This document shows, piece by piece, positions 48,761 to 58,635 of a stretch of DNA of 64,000 nt; position 1 is the stretch's first letter; the number at the start of each line of letters is the position of its first letter. The translations under genes were made by a program, and so were the position numbers. Under the pieces are notes generated by a model. The model saw only the letters and a list, made by a program, of their open reading frames with translations. It had not been told where the DNA came from and ran no database searches. The DNA comes from Escherichia virus TH22. The stretch lies in the sequence record MT446396.1; one strand, 5' to 3'.

Positions 48761-49285
48761 ATGGAAGCCAAATCAATCTTTAATCTGATTAATTACAATA
48801 ATGGTAATTTTAAATCAGAAGCACAAAGCAAGTTCTTTAATGATGTTGCTTGTGCAGGTGAGATTACAGTATCAGGTGGTCAAACTTATAAAAACGCCTG
48901 GAACTGGATTGTGACTGTTGATTCAGTTGGTATTGTTGATGTGTATAAAAACACTAACAAAAACCGCTCTTTGTTCTGGTCAAGAGAGACTAATGCTGAG
49001 TATCAAGCGGCAAGAGCAAAGAAAAATATGCCAACTGAATCTGATATCCAAAACATCAAATCAGATATCCAATATTATGATGGTCTGATTGCTGAACAAC
49101 AAGCAGTGCTTGATAAGTTCAATGAAATCAAAGCATGTAAAGAGATTCCTGAATTCATGCGGGAATCAGTTAATGAACAATACAATCTCACTTCAGAGCG
49201 TATTGAAACCTATACCAAACAAAGAGCAGAGCGCCAGGTACTCCTTCAGAAGTTTGAAGAGCGTTTAAAGACGGTTCTCGCATAA
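48761..49285 (+). CDS. Hypothetical protein with C-terminal coiled coil
   Basis: 174 aa. Confidence 0.6.
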   Translation: MEAKSIFNLINYNNGNFKSEAQSKFFNDVACAGEITVSGGQTYKNAWNWIVTVDSVGIVDVYKNTNKNRSLFWSRETNAEYQAARAKKNMPTESDIQNIKSDIQYYDGLIAEQQAVLDKFNEIKACKEIPEFMRESVNEQYNLTSERIETYTKQRAERQVLLQKFEERLKTVLA

Positions 49286-49311
49286 ACGCTTTATACCAAG
49301 GATGGTATAAT
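49284..49311 (+). promoter_or_regulatory. Possible MotA-type middle promoter
   Basis: CGCTTTA (one mismatch to TGCTTTA box) 14 nt upstream of TATAAT; precedes 49349 gene. Confidence 0.35.
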
Positions 49312-49348
49312 GGTTCTGACCTTTGATTAATCTATTGAGGAAATTATT

Positions 49349-50197
49349 ATGTCACAAGCAATTAATGAAATTCGTTCTGAAGTTAAAAAAGTTGTTAAAT
49401 TTAACAGTATTCCAAGCACTAAAGATGTGGTTTTAAATGTTCTATATATGATGTGGAATAAGTTCAATGTTTGTACTAATTCTGCTGAATTCACTAAAAT
49501 CTTTAATAAAACAACGGGCTTGCTTACATTAGAAGACCGAGTCATGAAATCTCTTCAACGTTCAGGTATGTTGTCTCGTGCTAATGTCAAAATTTTACTT
49601 AAAAATTATAATAAAGGTTATGACCTTTATGGTCGTGCGATTAGCACCATGACATTTGATGAAGTGGTCAAAGACCTTCATACTAACCAACGACGTTTAT
49701 TAGCTCTTGGTGCTCGTTTAGCAAGCGGTCAAGATAAACAAATGACCTTTAAAACCAATAATTCTTTAGATTATAAACTATTTAATGTTATTAAAGGTCA
49801 AAATGAAGGCGAATACAGTATTTCTTCTTTTAGCGGATGTCAATACGAAAACTGGAAATTCCACCTCCGTTTGGCTTTGTCTGAACTCGAACATCATGGG
49901 GTTCTTACCTTCTATGATGTTAAAACTGGAGGTGTCCAGCGCATTAAACTATGTCAAATTAAAGACCGAGTTGTAGTTGAGAGTCCTTCAGAGCAAGCTC
50001 CTAAAATGGAACCTGTTCCAGTGCGAAGCAATGAAAAATATTCAGAGCAAATTGAGCTTTTCACTAAACAGATTGAAGAACTTAACATCACTATCCAGCA
50101 GCAAGATGATGAAATTTTCCGTCTGTCAGGACTGAACAATGCAGCGAAAGCCGAACGTCAGAAACTGATGAACGTTATTGAATTGCTTAAGGATTAA
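49349..50197 (+). CDS. Hypothetical protein with C-terminal coiled coil
   Basis: 282 aa. Confidence 0.6.
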   Translation: MSQAINEIRSEVKKVVKFNSIPSTKDVVLNVLYMMWNKFNVCTNSAEFTKIFNKTTGLLTLEDRVMKSLQRSGMLSRANVKILLKNYNKGYDLYGRAISTMTFDEVVKDLHTNQRRLLALGARLASGQDKQMTFKTNNSLDYKLFNVIKGQNEGEYSISSFSGCQYENWKFHLRLALSELEHHGVLTFYDVKTGGVQRIKLCQIKDRVVVESPSEQAPKMEPVPVRSNEKYSEQIELFTKQIEELNITIQQQDDEIFRLSGLNNAAKAERQKLMNVIELLKD

Positions 50198-50198
50198 T

Positions 50199-50414
50199 AT
50201 GACCATTTTGATTATCAGTATTATTTTTGGTTATCTTTTGACGGGATTTATTACTACCCTGTTGCTCCACAAGTTTGATAGTCCCTACGAAAGTGGGGAC
50301 GAGTATGATGCGGTGTTCACAACATTTTGCTGGCCTATATTCTGGGTAGTCGCTGTTATAATGTGTGTGGCCTGGCCTTTTGCTAAACTCTATAAAAAAT
50401 TATTTGGATTATGA
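50199..50414 (+). CDS. Small membrane protein
   Basis: Start at MTILIISI; two TM segments. Confidence 0.5.
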   Translation: MTILIISIIFGYLLTGFITTLLLHKFDSPYESGDEYDAVFTTFCWPIFWVVAVIMCVAWPFAKLYKKLFGL

Positions 50415-50415
50415 T

Positions 50416-51297
50416 ATGAACATTAAAACACGTAAAGAATATTCTCGATTTGAACAGCGTGAAGGTCGTGCAACCCGTCTTATCGCGATGAATTCTCTGG
50501 TTAACTTTGGTAAAATCAAATCAGGTTCTGCCACCCAGGGGTATGGGCAACGTATTGTAAGAATTAACTCTCTGAATGATTACTGCCGCCGCCCTGCGTT
50601 TTTGTTTGGTGCCACAGTTCGTAAGAGCATTAAGGAAATCCTGGCTGGCGGGCTTCGTATTCGCAAGGCTCCGGTTAACATCAAGAACTATAATTTTAAC
50701 TCTGACAACTTGATTATCAATATCAAGAATGATGGTATACAGATTAAGTTCAAACCAACCACCAAGGGCGACGTTGCTCTTTGTGATACCTTTAAAGAGG
50801 TTATGGGTATCGCGCTGTTTTATATGCGCCATGCTGTTGAAGCATACACGTTTGAAGAAGATACAAATTATATCCACCAAACGGAAAAATTCCTTAAAAC
50901 TATAGTCATTGATATTAAATTAACTAAAGAATATCTTTTGTCTTATGCACCTTATCAAGAGAAAAAGGAACCAGAAATGGCAGAACATATCCCTACTGCG
51001 ACATATAACCCAGCAGTTACAGGTCAGTTTAAATCTTACGACCAGGCTAAAATTTCACCACTGGAAGTTAAAAATATGTATCAATGGAAAATCCAGCCAA
51101 ACAGCTCTCTTGAAATCTTTAACCCACCAATGAAGCCTATTGAGAGCTATCATGCTGATGCTATCCAGGAATCAGTCAACCGCTTAAACGGTCTGATTGA
51201 AGATGAGAAAAAGGGTATTCAGGATGTTCTGAATCGCATCAAGAATATGGAAACACAACGCAATAAATTGCAGGCGGCGATTTTAGCATTAAAATAA
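50416..51297 (+). CDS. Hypothetical protein with C-terminal coiled coil
   Basis: Start at MNIKTRK (internal Met of track ORF); 293 aa. Confidence 0.6.
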   Translation: MNIKTRKEYSRFEQREGRATRLIAMNSLVNFGKIKSGSATQGYGQRIVRINSLNDYCRRPAFLFGATVRKSIKEILAGGLRIRKAPVNIKNYNFNSDNLIINIKNDGIQIKFKPTTKGDVALCDTFKEVMGIALFYMRHAVEAYTFEEDTNYIHQTEKFLKTIVIDIKLTKEYLLSYAPYQEKKEPEMAEHIPTATYNPAVTGQFKSYDQAKISPLEVKNMYQWKIQPNSSLEIFNPPMKPIESYHADAIQESVNRLNGLIEDEKKGIQDVLNRIKNMETQRNKLQAAILALK

Positions 51298-51298
51298 T

Positions 51299-51355
51299 GT
51301 TTACTTCCAAGGATGGAGGGAGTATAATGAATTCCTACTTTATGAGGAGAACACT
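51299..51355 (+). promoter_or_regulatory. Early-type promoter
   Basis: GTTTAC -35, 18-nt spacer, TATAAT -10; leader ends GAGGAGAACACT ATG. Confidence 0.6.
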
Positions 51356-52345
51356 ATGACACGTAACGAATATATCCAGGCCTTTAACACCACTATCGAT
51401 GCAAAAGTAAAACCATTAATAGGTGAATCGGCTATCCTTTTAATTATCAATTACTGGTTAAATCAGATTGACTCGACGATTGTTGCATCCGGGCGCTTCA
51501 AGAAAGACATTGCGACTATTGCGAGCCGTGCCGGTAAAGATGATATCAAGAAAACTTTTAAAGGTTCCCGAGTCCTGGCATACCTGGTTAATAAAGACCT
51601 TCTTAATAAGTTTGGCGTTGAATCCAGACATGGTAAAGGTACAATTGGATATCATTGGTTTGGTGATGTTGAAAAATACTACCTTGATAAACAAGGCTAT
51701 ACTGTTTCTGAATTCGCAAATTGCTGGGCTCGTGAATTCAGAGATAACAAAATGTCTATCATCAAATCAGCGACAAAATTGATGGGTAGCGATTATCGCA
51801 CTATCTCCCATTTGGCTGAGCACATGATAAATGTTAAAGAGTCTGGTGAAAACCAGGTAATTATTACAGTTAAGTATGAATTCTTTACGCCGGTAGCTAC
51901 TCCAGAAAATGTCAAAAAGTATCTTGATGCCGCGAGCACGCTTACTTCACAGATGCAGTGCGCCCTTAACTATATGCGCACTGTTGAAAAAATTAAAGTA
52001 GACCCTATCACCAGTACTCATGGTTGGAAAGGTTGGAAAATTGTGGTGACATTACGCGAAGTTAAATGCGCAAAACAACCAACTGATGCAGAAATTTATA
52101 AAAAGAAAAGTGAGGAAATTATGAATGCTCCGCAAGAAACCACCCTTGAAGACCTGATTGATAATCTGAATAATGAGCCAGTGGAACAAAAAGCGCCTGA
52201 AATTGTTGCTCTGGAAATGGCGTATAATAAAGCTCTTGCTGTTAATAAAAAGGCAACTGAAGACTATACCAAAGCCAAGCGACTTTGGGAAGAATCAACT
52301 AATCGTCTGGATAAACTGGAACAGGCTCTGGAGCTACTGAAATGA
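51356..52345 (+). CDS. Hypothetical protein with C-terminal coiled coil
   Basis: 329 aa. Confidence 0.6.
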   Translation: MTRNEYIQAFNTTIDAKVKPLIGESAILLIINYWLNQIDSTIVASGRFKKDIATIASRAGKDDIKKTFKGSRVLAYLVNKDLLNKFGVESRHGKGTIGYHWFGDVEKYYLDKQGYTVSEFANCWAREFRDNKMSIIKSATKLMGSDYRTISHLAEHMINVKESGENQVIITVKYEFFTPVATPENVKKYLDAASTLTSQMQCALNYMRTVEKIKVDPITSTHGWKGWKIVVTLREVKCAKQPTDAEIYKKKSEEIMNAPQETTLEDLIDNLNNEPVEQKAPEIVALEMAYNKALAVNKKATEDYTKAKRLWEESTNRLDKLEQALELLK

Positions 52346-52635
52346 AACAACGTTTAGCTGAAGATATTGCAGAAACTGCATTTCCAGAATGGACCCCCGC
52401 AGCGGGGTTTAATAAAGGTCTTATAAACTGGACTGATGATTATAGTCAGGTTCCCGATTGGGATATGGTAATGGCTATGGTTCGCCGCCGTGAACGTGCT
52501 TCTAAGAGCGTTCCTAACTGTCCAGAATGTGGAACTGAACAGGTCCAGTTAGTCCATTGGCAGACTAGTACTCTTCGTTACAAATGCAGACATTGTAAAC
52601 ACAAATTTGAGCGAGACGAAAATGGCAAAGCGTAA
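52342..52635 (+). CDS. Zinc-ribbon protein
   Basis: CPECG...CRHCKH (CxxC-x(n)-CxxC). Confidence 0.55.
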   Translation: MKQRLAEDIAETAFPEWTPAAGFNKGLINWTDDYSQVPDWDMVMAMVRRRERASKSVPNCPECGTEQVQLVHWQTSTLRYKCRHCKHKFERDENGKA

Positions 52636-52864
52636 AGAATATCTTGAGACTGCTGATAAGGCGGTCCGTGAATTAACTCTGGCCTATTATAAAGAACACG
52701 GTAAACTTCCGGATAGTTATTCAGTATTGAAATCTGCTTTAACTCGTTCATATAATAATATGCGTTCAGAAGTTTATGGTATTATGGTCAAACATAAAGA
52801 ACAAACCGGTCAATACCCCGATTATACTGAGACCTTCAAACAAGTATTAGGAATTAAGGAATAA
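52622..52864 (+). CDS. Hypothetical small protein
   Basis: Start at MAKRKEY within previous gene's last codons; alternative in-frame start at 52607. Confidence 0.5.
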   Translation: MAKRKEYLETADKAVRELTLAYYKEHGKLPDSYSVLKSALTRSYNNMRSEVYGIMVKHKEQTGQYPDYTETFKQVLGIKE

Positions 52865-52865
52865 T

Positions 52866-53129
52866 ATGTTTAAAGTATATGGTTATGATTCATCTATTCA
52901 TCGCTGTGTATTCTGCGATAATGCAAAACGTTTTTTGGATGTTAAAAAACAACCTTACGAGTTCATCAACGTTATGCCAGAAAAAGGTGTGTTTGATGAT
53001 GAGAAGATTGCCCAACTCCTGGCTGCACTTGGTCGCGAATCTCAAATTGGTTTGACCATGCCGCAAGTATTTGCTCCTGACGGAAGTCATATTGGCGGCT
53101 TTGACCAACTGCGAGAATATTTTAAATGA
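52866..53129 (+). CDS. nrdC: Thioredoxin/glutaredoxin NrdC
   Basis: MFKVYGYDSSIHRCVFCDNAKR...MPQVFAPDGSHIGGFDQLREYFK matches T4 NrdC (87 aa) with CxxC active site. Confidence 0.9.
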   Translation: MFKVYGYDSSIHRCVFCDNAKRFLDVKKQPYEFINVMPEKGVFDDEKIAQLLAALGRESQIGLTMPQVFAPDGSHIGGFDQLREYFK

Positions 53130-53293
53130 TTGAATTATCGTTGGGTGTTTTGTATCTTATCATCGGTATTGGTTATGCTAAGACCCTAGCTAAATTAGAT
53201 GATTTCGGTGCAGGTGACTTTTGCTGGTGGCTGACGTCTATGATTTGTTGGCCTTTATTTCTGGTTGGTGCTTCATTCTGGAACTTTAAATGA
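53126..53293 (+). CDS. Small membrane ORF (55 aa), below track cutoff
   Basis: ATGA overlap with nrdC stop; hydrophobic MIELSLGVLYLIIGIGYAK... Confidence 0.4.
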   Translation: MIELSLGVLYLIIGIGYAKTLAKLDDFGAGDFCWWLTSMICWPLFLVGASFWNFK

Positions 53294-53466
53294 CCGAATT
53301 TGATATGGCTTATAAAACCTGCGCAAGAGAGTTTGATACTCCTGCGCCTAGTAAAGAAACCGTATTGGCAAATCTCCCGGATTGGTTAAAAGAAGAAGCC
53401 AACGAATGGGGTTGGACTGATACTTGTGTACGCGACCAGTTATTTGAATTTATGGTGGAATTATGA
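53290..53466 (+). CDS. Small ORF (58 aa), below track cutoff
   Basis: ATGA overlaps at both ends, linking it to neighbours by translational coupling. Confidence 0.4.
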   Translation: MTEFDMAYKTCAREFDTPAPSKETVLANLPDWLKEEANEWGWTDTCVRDQLFEFMVEL

Positions 53467-53771
53467 GTGAATTAGACGGACAAACAATTTATCTGGGCGA
53501 TGGCAACGAAGACGACCTGGAATATAAACTATACGAATACATGGTCGCCCTGGCAAAGGAAGAAGGTATTGACTTTGCTGTGGCTAACCCGTATGGTGAG
53601 AACACTGTTGTAATTGGTGGCACTGCTTATGAAGTCCAATGGCAATACGTTGGGCTTGAATCTATAGAATATGAAGAAGATAAGCATGGCGATTGGCATC
53701 CGGTGGGTCCCTGGTACTGGGACGACGGCGAGCCTGATTTTGAAGTATCAAGCTATTGGAGTGACCAATGA
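53463..53771 (+). CDS. Hypothetical acidic protein
   Basis: 102 aa, Asp/Glu/Tyr/Trp-rich. Confidence 0.55.
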   Translation: MSELDGQTIYLGDGNEDDLEYKLYEYMVALAKEEGIDFAVANPYGENTVVIGGTAYEVQWQYVGLESIEYEEDKHGDWHPVGPWYWDDGEPDFEVSSYWSDQ

Positions 53772-54088
53772 CTATTGAAAATGAATTAGATGTTGATGCT
53801 GTTTTAAGCGAAATCATTGAAGACCATGATGCGTTTACTGAATCATACGAGTTTGAATTTTCGGACTACCTGGTTCCGGTTGAATTAGGCGAATGGACAC
53901 AAACCGGCAAATACCAATATCGCCAGGCAATTTATTTCAGCAAAAAACATAATGTGCATGTGGCTGTAAACGAAACTCGTACCGGTTCTTATCATACCGA
54001 CTGGGACCATATGGTCCCGACTGTTGAACTGGTTAAGCTCCAAGAACGTGTCGTAACCCAAACTATCAGAGAATGGATTACGCTATAA
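53768..54088 (+). CDS. Hypothetical protein
   Basis: 106 aa; overlapping start. Confidence 0.55.
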   Translation: MTIENELDVDAVLSEIIEDHDAFTESYEFEFSDYLVPVELGEWTQTGKYQYRQAIYFSKKHNVHVAVNETRTGSYHTDWDHMVPTVELVKLQERVVTQTIREWITL

Positions 54089-54205
54089 AACCATGGTATA
54101 CCGCTCGATGGGAAACCGTCGAGCCAGAGGAACCTGTTTACAACGATTCCGAAATAGATTATAATGAACCTTCAAACAATGATTTAATCGATATGGAGTT
54201 TGGAT

Positions 54206-54379
54206 ATGAGTACCAAAATTGAAATTGGCCGTCATAAAGGCCGCCTGATTGAAAAATCACTTTATGAACTGTCGGATTCCCGTAAGTTACCTGATGAAGA
54301 ATCTGCTTTAATTTTTGCCGCGGCGGATTATATCCATTGGCTTGAAGCTCAACTTCGCTTTGCTGATGAGGCCTTCTGA
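54206..54379 (+). CDS. Small ORF (57 aa), below track cutoff
   Basis: MSTKIEIGRHKGRL...; stop overlaps ATG of 54379 gene (ATGA). Confidence 0.35.
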   Translation: MSTKIEIGRHKGRLIEKSLYELSDSRKLPDEESALIFAAADYIHWLEAQLRFADEAF

Positions 54380-54681
54380 TGAATTTATTTGAATTTGAAG
54401 GTAAAACTGTTCGTATTACTGAAGAAGATGTTGACCATTATGTTGACTGGCCTGAATTAAACGGCAATCGCGGTTTTGAGTCAGGCGAGCTCTGTGAAGG
54501 TGCTGAAGTTAAAATCTTGAAGGTGGAGATTTCTCCATGGGGCAATCCTGAAATCATTGGCGTAACTGCTATCGAATTCAATGGTAAGGTATACGAATAC
54601 ACTAAAGAAATGTTTGAAGATACTAAAGCTTCATTCTGGTGTTTTTGGACTAACGATGATAATGAATTTGAGGTCGCATGA
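54379..54681 (+). CDS. Hypothetical protein
   Basis: 100 aa. Confidence 0.55.
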   Translation: MNLFEFEGKTVRITEEDVDHYVDWPELNGNRGFESGELCEGAEVKILKVEISPWGNPEIIGVTAIEFNGKVYEYTKEMFEDTKASFWCFWTNDDNEFEVA

Positions 54682-54854
54682 AAACTGCATTAGTCTATAC
54701 CGAAAAGTTAAATGGTGTCAAGGTCTGGAAACTTCTTATTAAAGGAAGTCCTACCGACCAGTTTATGGCCACCTGTGTAGGATTGTATACTCGTCCTACT
54801 AAAAAGATGATTCGTCAATTTAAACGGTTACACCGCGCGTTTTATAAGATTTAA
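54678..54854 (+). CDS. Small ORF (58 aa), below track cutoff
   Basis: ATGA overlap with previous stop; basic C-terminus. Confidence 0.4.
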   Translation: MKTALVYTEKLNGVKVWKLLIKGSPTDQFMATCVGLYTRPTKKMIRQFKRLHRAFYKI

Positions 54855-54889
54855 TAAATACCCTTATCTAATAATGGTAAGGGTTTATT

Positions 54890-55363
54890 ATGTTGTTGAC
54901 TGGCAAATTATACAAAGAAGAAAAACAAAAACTTTATGATGCACAAGCTGGTAAGTGTCCAATTTGCCACCGTGATTTGGACTCCGATGTTCAGGCCAAC
55001 CATCTTGACCATGACCACGAATTGAACGGGCCAAAAGCTGGTAAGGTTCGCGGGTTACTATGCAATCTGTGCAATGGGACAGAAGGACAAATGAAGCATA
55101 AGTTCAGCCGTTCGGGTCTGAAAAGTCGCGATGTTGACTACCTGGAATGGTTAGAGAGTTTGCTTGTCTATCTGAAATCTGATTATACCGAAAACAATAT
55201 TCACCCCAATTTTGTAACAGACAAAGCCAAAGAGTTCGGTCGTCTGGGGAAAGAAGAAATGATTCGGGAAATGCTTTTGAATGGTATGACTTATAATGAA
55301 TCTGACACCAAAACACAATTAATGGCTTCATTTAAGAAGCAGCTTAGAAAGAGTTTAAAATGA
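54890..55363 (+). CDS. 49: Endonuclease VII (Holliday-junction resolvase)
   Basis: MLLTGKLYKEEKQK...GKCPICHRDL...HLDHDHELNGPKAGKVRGLLCNLCN...KKQLRKSLK matches T4 gp49 (157 aa) including Zn site and H-N-H-like catalytic core. Confidence 0.9.
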   Translation: MLLTGKLYKEEKQKLYDAQAGKCPICHRDLDSDVQANHLDHDHELNGPKAGKVRGLLCNLCNGTEGQMKHKFSRSGLKSRDVDYLEWLESLLVYLKSDYTENNIHPNFVTDKAKEFGRLGKEEMIREMLLNGMTYNESDTKTQLMASFKKQLRKSLK

Positions 55364-57177
55364 CAATTGAAAACGAAATTGAAGGATTGATTCATAAAAC
55401 TAATAAAGACCTTTTAAACGAGAATGCTAATAAAGATTCTCGTGTTTTTCCAACTCAACGGGACCTTATGGCTGGTATTGTATCTAAACACATTGCCAAA
55501 AATATGGTCGCGTCTTTTATTATGAAAGCACATGAAAGTGGAATTATTCATTTCCATGATATTGATTATTCCCCTGCTCTTCCATTTACTAATTGCTGTT
55601 TAGTAGATTTAAAAGGAATGCTTGAGAACGGATTTAAGCTTGGTAATGCACAGATTGAAACTCCTAAATCAATCGGTGTTGCTACTGCAATTATGGCACA
55701 AATTACTGCACAGGTTGCTTCTCACCAATATGGCGGAACGACTTTTGCTAATGTAGACAAAGTATTTTCTCCTTATGTTAAACGTACATACGCAAAACAT
55801 ATTGAAGATGCAGAAAAATGGCAAATCACTGATGCATTGAATTATGCCCAATCTAAAACAGAAAAAGACGTATACGATGCATTCCAAGCTTATGAATATG
55901 AAGTAAATACGCTCTTTAGTTCAAATGGGCAAACGCCTTTTGTGACAATTACGTTTGGCACGGGAACTGACTGGACTGAACGAATGATTCAGAAAGCAAT
56001 TCTGAAAAATCGTATCAAAGGTCTTGGTCGCGATGGGATAACTCCTATTTTCCCTAAACTTGTTATGTTCGTTGAAGAAGGTGTTAATCTTTATAAAGAC
56101 GACCCGAACTATGATATTAAGCAGCTTGCTCTAGAGTGTGCAAGCAAAAGAATGTATCCTGATATTATTTCAGCTAAGAACAATAAAGCTATCACTGGTT
56201 CATCTATTCCTGTTTCTCCAATGGGTTGCCGTAGTTTCTTGGGCGTATGGAAAGATTCGACTGGTAATGAAATTCTTGATGGACGTAATAATCTTGGTGT
56301 TGTAACACTGAATCTTCCTCGCATTGCGTTAGATTCTTATATTGGAACACAGTTCAATGAACAGAAATTTATCGAATTGTTCAATGAGCGAATGGATTTG
56401 TGTTTTGAAGCTTTGATGTGTAGAATTAGTTCTTTAAAAGGAGTTAAAGCGACTGTTGCTCCTATTCTTTACCAAGAAGGTGCATTCGGGGTTCGTCTTA
56501 AACCTGATGATGATATAATTGAGTTATTTAAAAACGGTAGAAGTTCAGTGTCTTTGGGATACATTGGTATTCACGAATTGAATATTCTTGCCGGTCGTGA
56601 TATTGGGCAAGAAATTTTAACTAAAATGAATGCTCGTCTTAAGCAGTGGACTGAAAGAACCGGTTTTGCTTTTAGTTTGTATTCTACACCTGCTGAAAAC
56701 CTTTGTTATCGCTTCTGTAAACTTGATACTGAAAAATATGGAAGTGTAAAAGATGTTACCGATAAAGGATGGTACACTAACAGTTTCCACGTTTCAGTAG
56801 AAGAAAATATTACTCCGTTTGAAAAGATTTCTCGCGAAGCCCCATATCATTTCATTGCGACAGGTGGTCACATTTCTTATGTTGAACTTCCTGATATGAA
56901 AAATAACTTAAAAGGTCTTGAGGCTGTATGGGATTATGCCGCGCAACATTTAGATTATTTTGGTGTTAATATGCCAGTAGATAAATGTTTTACGTGTGGA
57001 AGTACCCATGAAATGACTCCTACTGAAAACGGATTTGTTTGTTCTATTTGTGGAGAAACTGACCCTAAAAAGATGAACACAATAAGAAGAACTTGCGGTT
57101 ATTTGGGAAATCCGAACGAACGTGGATTTAATCTCGGCAAAAATAAAGAAATCATGCATAGGGTTAAACACCAATGA
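55360..57177 (+). CDS. nrdD: Anaerobic ribonucleoside-triphosphate reductase NrdD
   Basis: 605 aa, same length as T4 NrdD; C-terminal Zn ribbon CFTCGSTHEM...CSICGE and glycyl-radical tail RTCGYLGN; single uninterrupted ORF. Confidence 0.95.
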   Translation: MTIENEIEGLIHKTNKDLLNENANKDSRVFPTQRDLMAGIVSKHIAKNMVASFIMKAHESGIIHFHDIDYSPALPFTNCCLVDLKGMLENGFKLGNAQIETPKSIGVATAIMAQITAQVASHQYGGTTFANVDKVFSPYVKRTYAKHIEDAEKWQITDALNYAQSKTEKDVYDAFQAYEYEVNTLFSSNGQTPFVTITFGTGTDWTERMIQKAILKNRIKGLGRDGITPIFPKLVMFVEEGVNLYKDDPNYDIKQLALECASKRMYPDIISAKNNKAITGSSIPVSPMGCRSFLGVWKDSTGNEILDGRNNLGVVTLNLPRIALDSYIGTQFNEQKFIELFNERMDLCFEALMCRISSLKGVKATVAPILYQEGAFGVRLKPDDDIIELFKNGRSSVSLGYIGIHELNILAGRDIGQEILTKMNARLKQWTERTGFAFSLYSTPAENLCYRFCKLDTEKYGSVKDVTDKGWYTNSFHVSVEENITPFEKISREAPYHFIATGGHISYVELPDMKNNLKGLEAVWDYAAQHLDYFGVNMPVDKCFTCGSTHEMTPTENGFVCSICGETDPKKMNTIRRTCGYLGNPNERGFNLGKNKEIMHRVKHQ

Positions 57178-57644
57178 ATTATGATAGATTTTATCCTTGT
57201 GATTTTGTGAATGGCCCTGGATGCAGGGTCGTTCTTTTCGTTACAGGTTGTTTGCATAAATGTGAAGGGTGTTATAATAAATCAACATGGAATGCTAGAA
57301 ATGGGGTTCCATTCACTGGTGAAACACTAGAACAATTAATTGAATGTTTGAATAATGATTATATAGAAGGATTAACTATAACTGGAGGAGACCCTCTCTA
57401 TCCTGATAACCGAGATGTTATTCACTCTGTGGTTCAAACTGTTAAAAATCTTTATCCAAATAAAAGCATTTGGATGTGGACAGGATATAAGTTTGAAGAT
57501 ATTAAACAACTAGAAATGCTTAAATATGTTGATGTTATTATTGATGGGAAGTATGAGAAAAATCTTCCGACCAAAAAACTGTGGCGAGGGTCAGATAATC
57601 AGCGACTTTGGTCAAATACCGATGGGGTGTGGAAACATGATTAA
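57174..57644 (+). CDS. nrdG: Anaerobic RNR activating protein NrdG (radical SAM)
   Basis: Radical-SAM cysteine cluster CLHKCEGCYNK; overlaps nrdD stop. Confidence 0.9.
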   Translation: MNYDRFYPCDFVNGPGCRVVLFVTGCLHKCEGCYNKSTWNARNGVPFTGETLEQLIECLNNDYIEGLTITGGDPLYPDNRDVIHSVVQTVKNLYPNKSIWMWTGYKFEDIKQLEMLKYVDVIIDGKYEKNLPTKKLWRGSDNQRLWSNTDGVWKHD

Positions 57645-57758
57645 ATTTAATTATATTATGGATACTATAAATGATATGATTTTTCATTTTGGTCCAGAAT
57701 TTTATTCGCAGTATAGTTTAGTGCTTATCAATGCTTGGTTAATCAATTAAGGGTAAAT

Positions 57759-57974
57759 ATGAATAAATTTCGTAATGCTGTTTCTGATATCCTGGCCAAT
57801 ATTACATTTGTCCTGTTTATTGTGTGCCTTTTAATCCTGGTTATCCCATTTGGATTGCTGTTTGTGATGATTGGTGCCCTGAGTACTGAAAAGGGCCTTG
57901 AAGGGTCTGAGTTCGACAAACGAATCCAGGCTGTCCATAGTGTTATTGCTAAAATGATGAAGGTGAAAGAATGA
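57759..57974 (+). CDS. Small membrane protein
   Basis: Start at MNKFRNAV; one long hydrophobic segment. Confidence 0.5.
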   Translation: MNKFRNAVSDILANITFVLFIVCLLILVIPFGLLFVMIGALSTEKGLEGSEFDKRIQAVHSVIAKMMKVKE

Positions 57975-58270
57975 AACGTTTCGAAGAATATGTAGCTACT
58001 AATTGGACCGCATGGGACAAGTTCGGTGATGAATGGTACTTCCATGACTGTGACTTGGACCCGAAATTCTTTGCTGATAAAGAAGAAGACCTTAAAGATA
58101 TCTATGCTCTATCTGAGATTCATGGAATCAAACCGACGGTTTATTTCTCTTTCGATGACACAGGTTTCCTTATTCAGGTTTATGTCCCGTATGCAACCGC
58201 CAGCGATGAAGAAGTTATTAAAACCTGGAACTACCAAGGAGTGATTTCCTGTGGGCCAAAACTCGACTAA
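57971..58270 (+). CDS. Hypothetical protein
   Basis: 99 aa. Confidence 0.5.
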   Translation: MKRFEEYVATNWTAWDKFGDEWYFHDCDLDPKFFADKEEDLKDIYALSEIHGIKPTVYFSFDDTGFLIQVYVPYATASDEEVIKTWNYQGVISCGPKLD

Positions 58271-58568
58271 GATTGAAATCTATGGTATCCCCGAAGAAGT
58301 CGGTCGATGCCCTGGTTGTATGCACGTCAGGAGCCTTCTGGGCTCCTTAAACCTTCCTTATACATTCTATTCAGTCCTTAACAAACAAGGCTCTGAAATC
58401 GCTTATGACAGGCCTTTAATCGTGTCTTTGGCTAAGCGTGGTGGATATCCTACTCTTAACATTCGTTACCCGGTGATTTTTGTCAATGATGAAAAAATGA
58501 CCAATATTCCTGCCTTTAAAACAAAACTGATATCCCTGGGGTACGACCAGGACTTAATTGAAGATTAA
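58251..58568 (+). CDS. Glutaredoxin-like protein (NrdH-like), probable GTG start
   Basis: KIEIYG...CPGC thioredoxin-fold redox motif; position after nrdG as T4 nrdH; start is a non-ATG codon. Confidence 0.55.
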   Translation: MGQNSTKIEIYGIPEEVGRCPGCMHVRSLLGSLNLPYTFYSVLNKQGSEIAYDRPLIVSLAKRGGYPTLNIRYPVIFVNDEKMTNIPAFKTKLISLGYDQDLIED

Positions 58569-58574
58569 AAAGGG

Positions 58575-58635
58575 GTGTACAAGCCCCTTTGAACGGTGTA
58601 TCATTATCCCATCAACTACTGATGAGGAAAACAAA
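58575..58635 (+). promoter_or_regulatory. Early promoter cassette with -35 in hairpin loop
   Basis: AAGGGG-TGTACAAGC-CCCTT hairpin carrying the -35, TATCAT -10, leader TATCCCATCAACTACTGATGAGGAAAACAAA. Confidence 0.65.

Noticed and set aside
54073-54222. Acidic 49-aa ORF overlapping the end of the 53768 gene
   Set aside because: No RBS and heavy overlap with neighbours in other frames.
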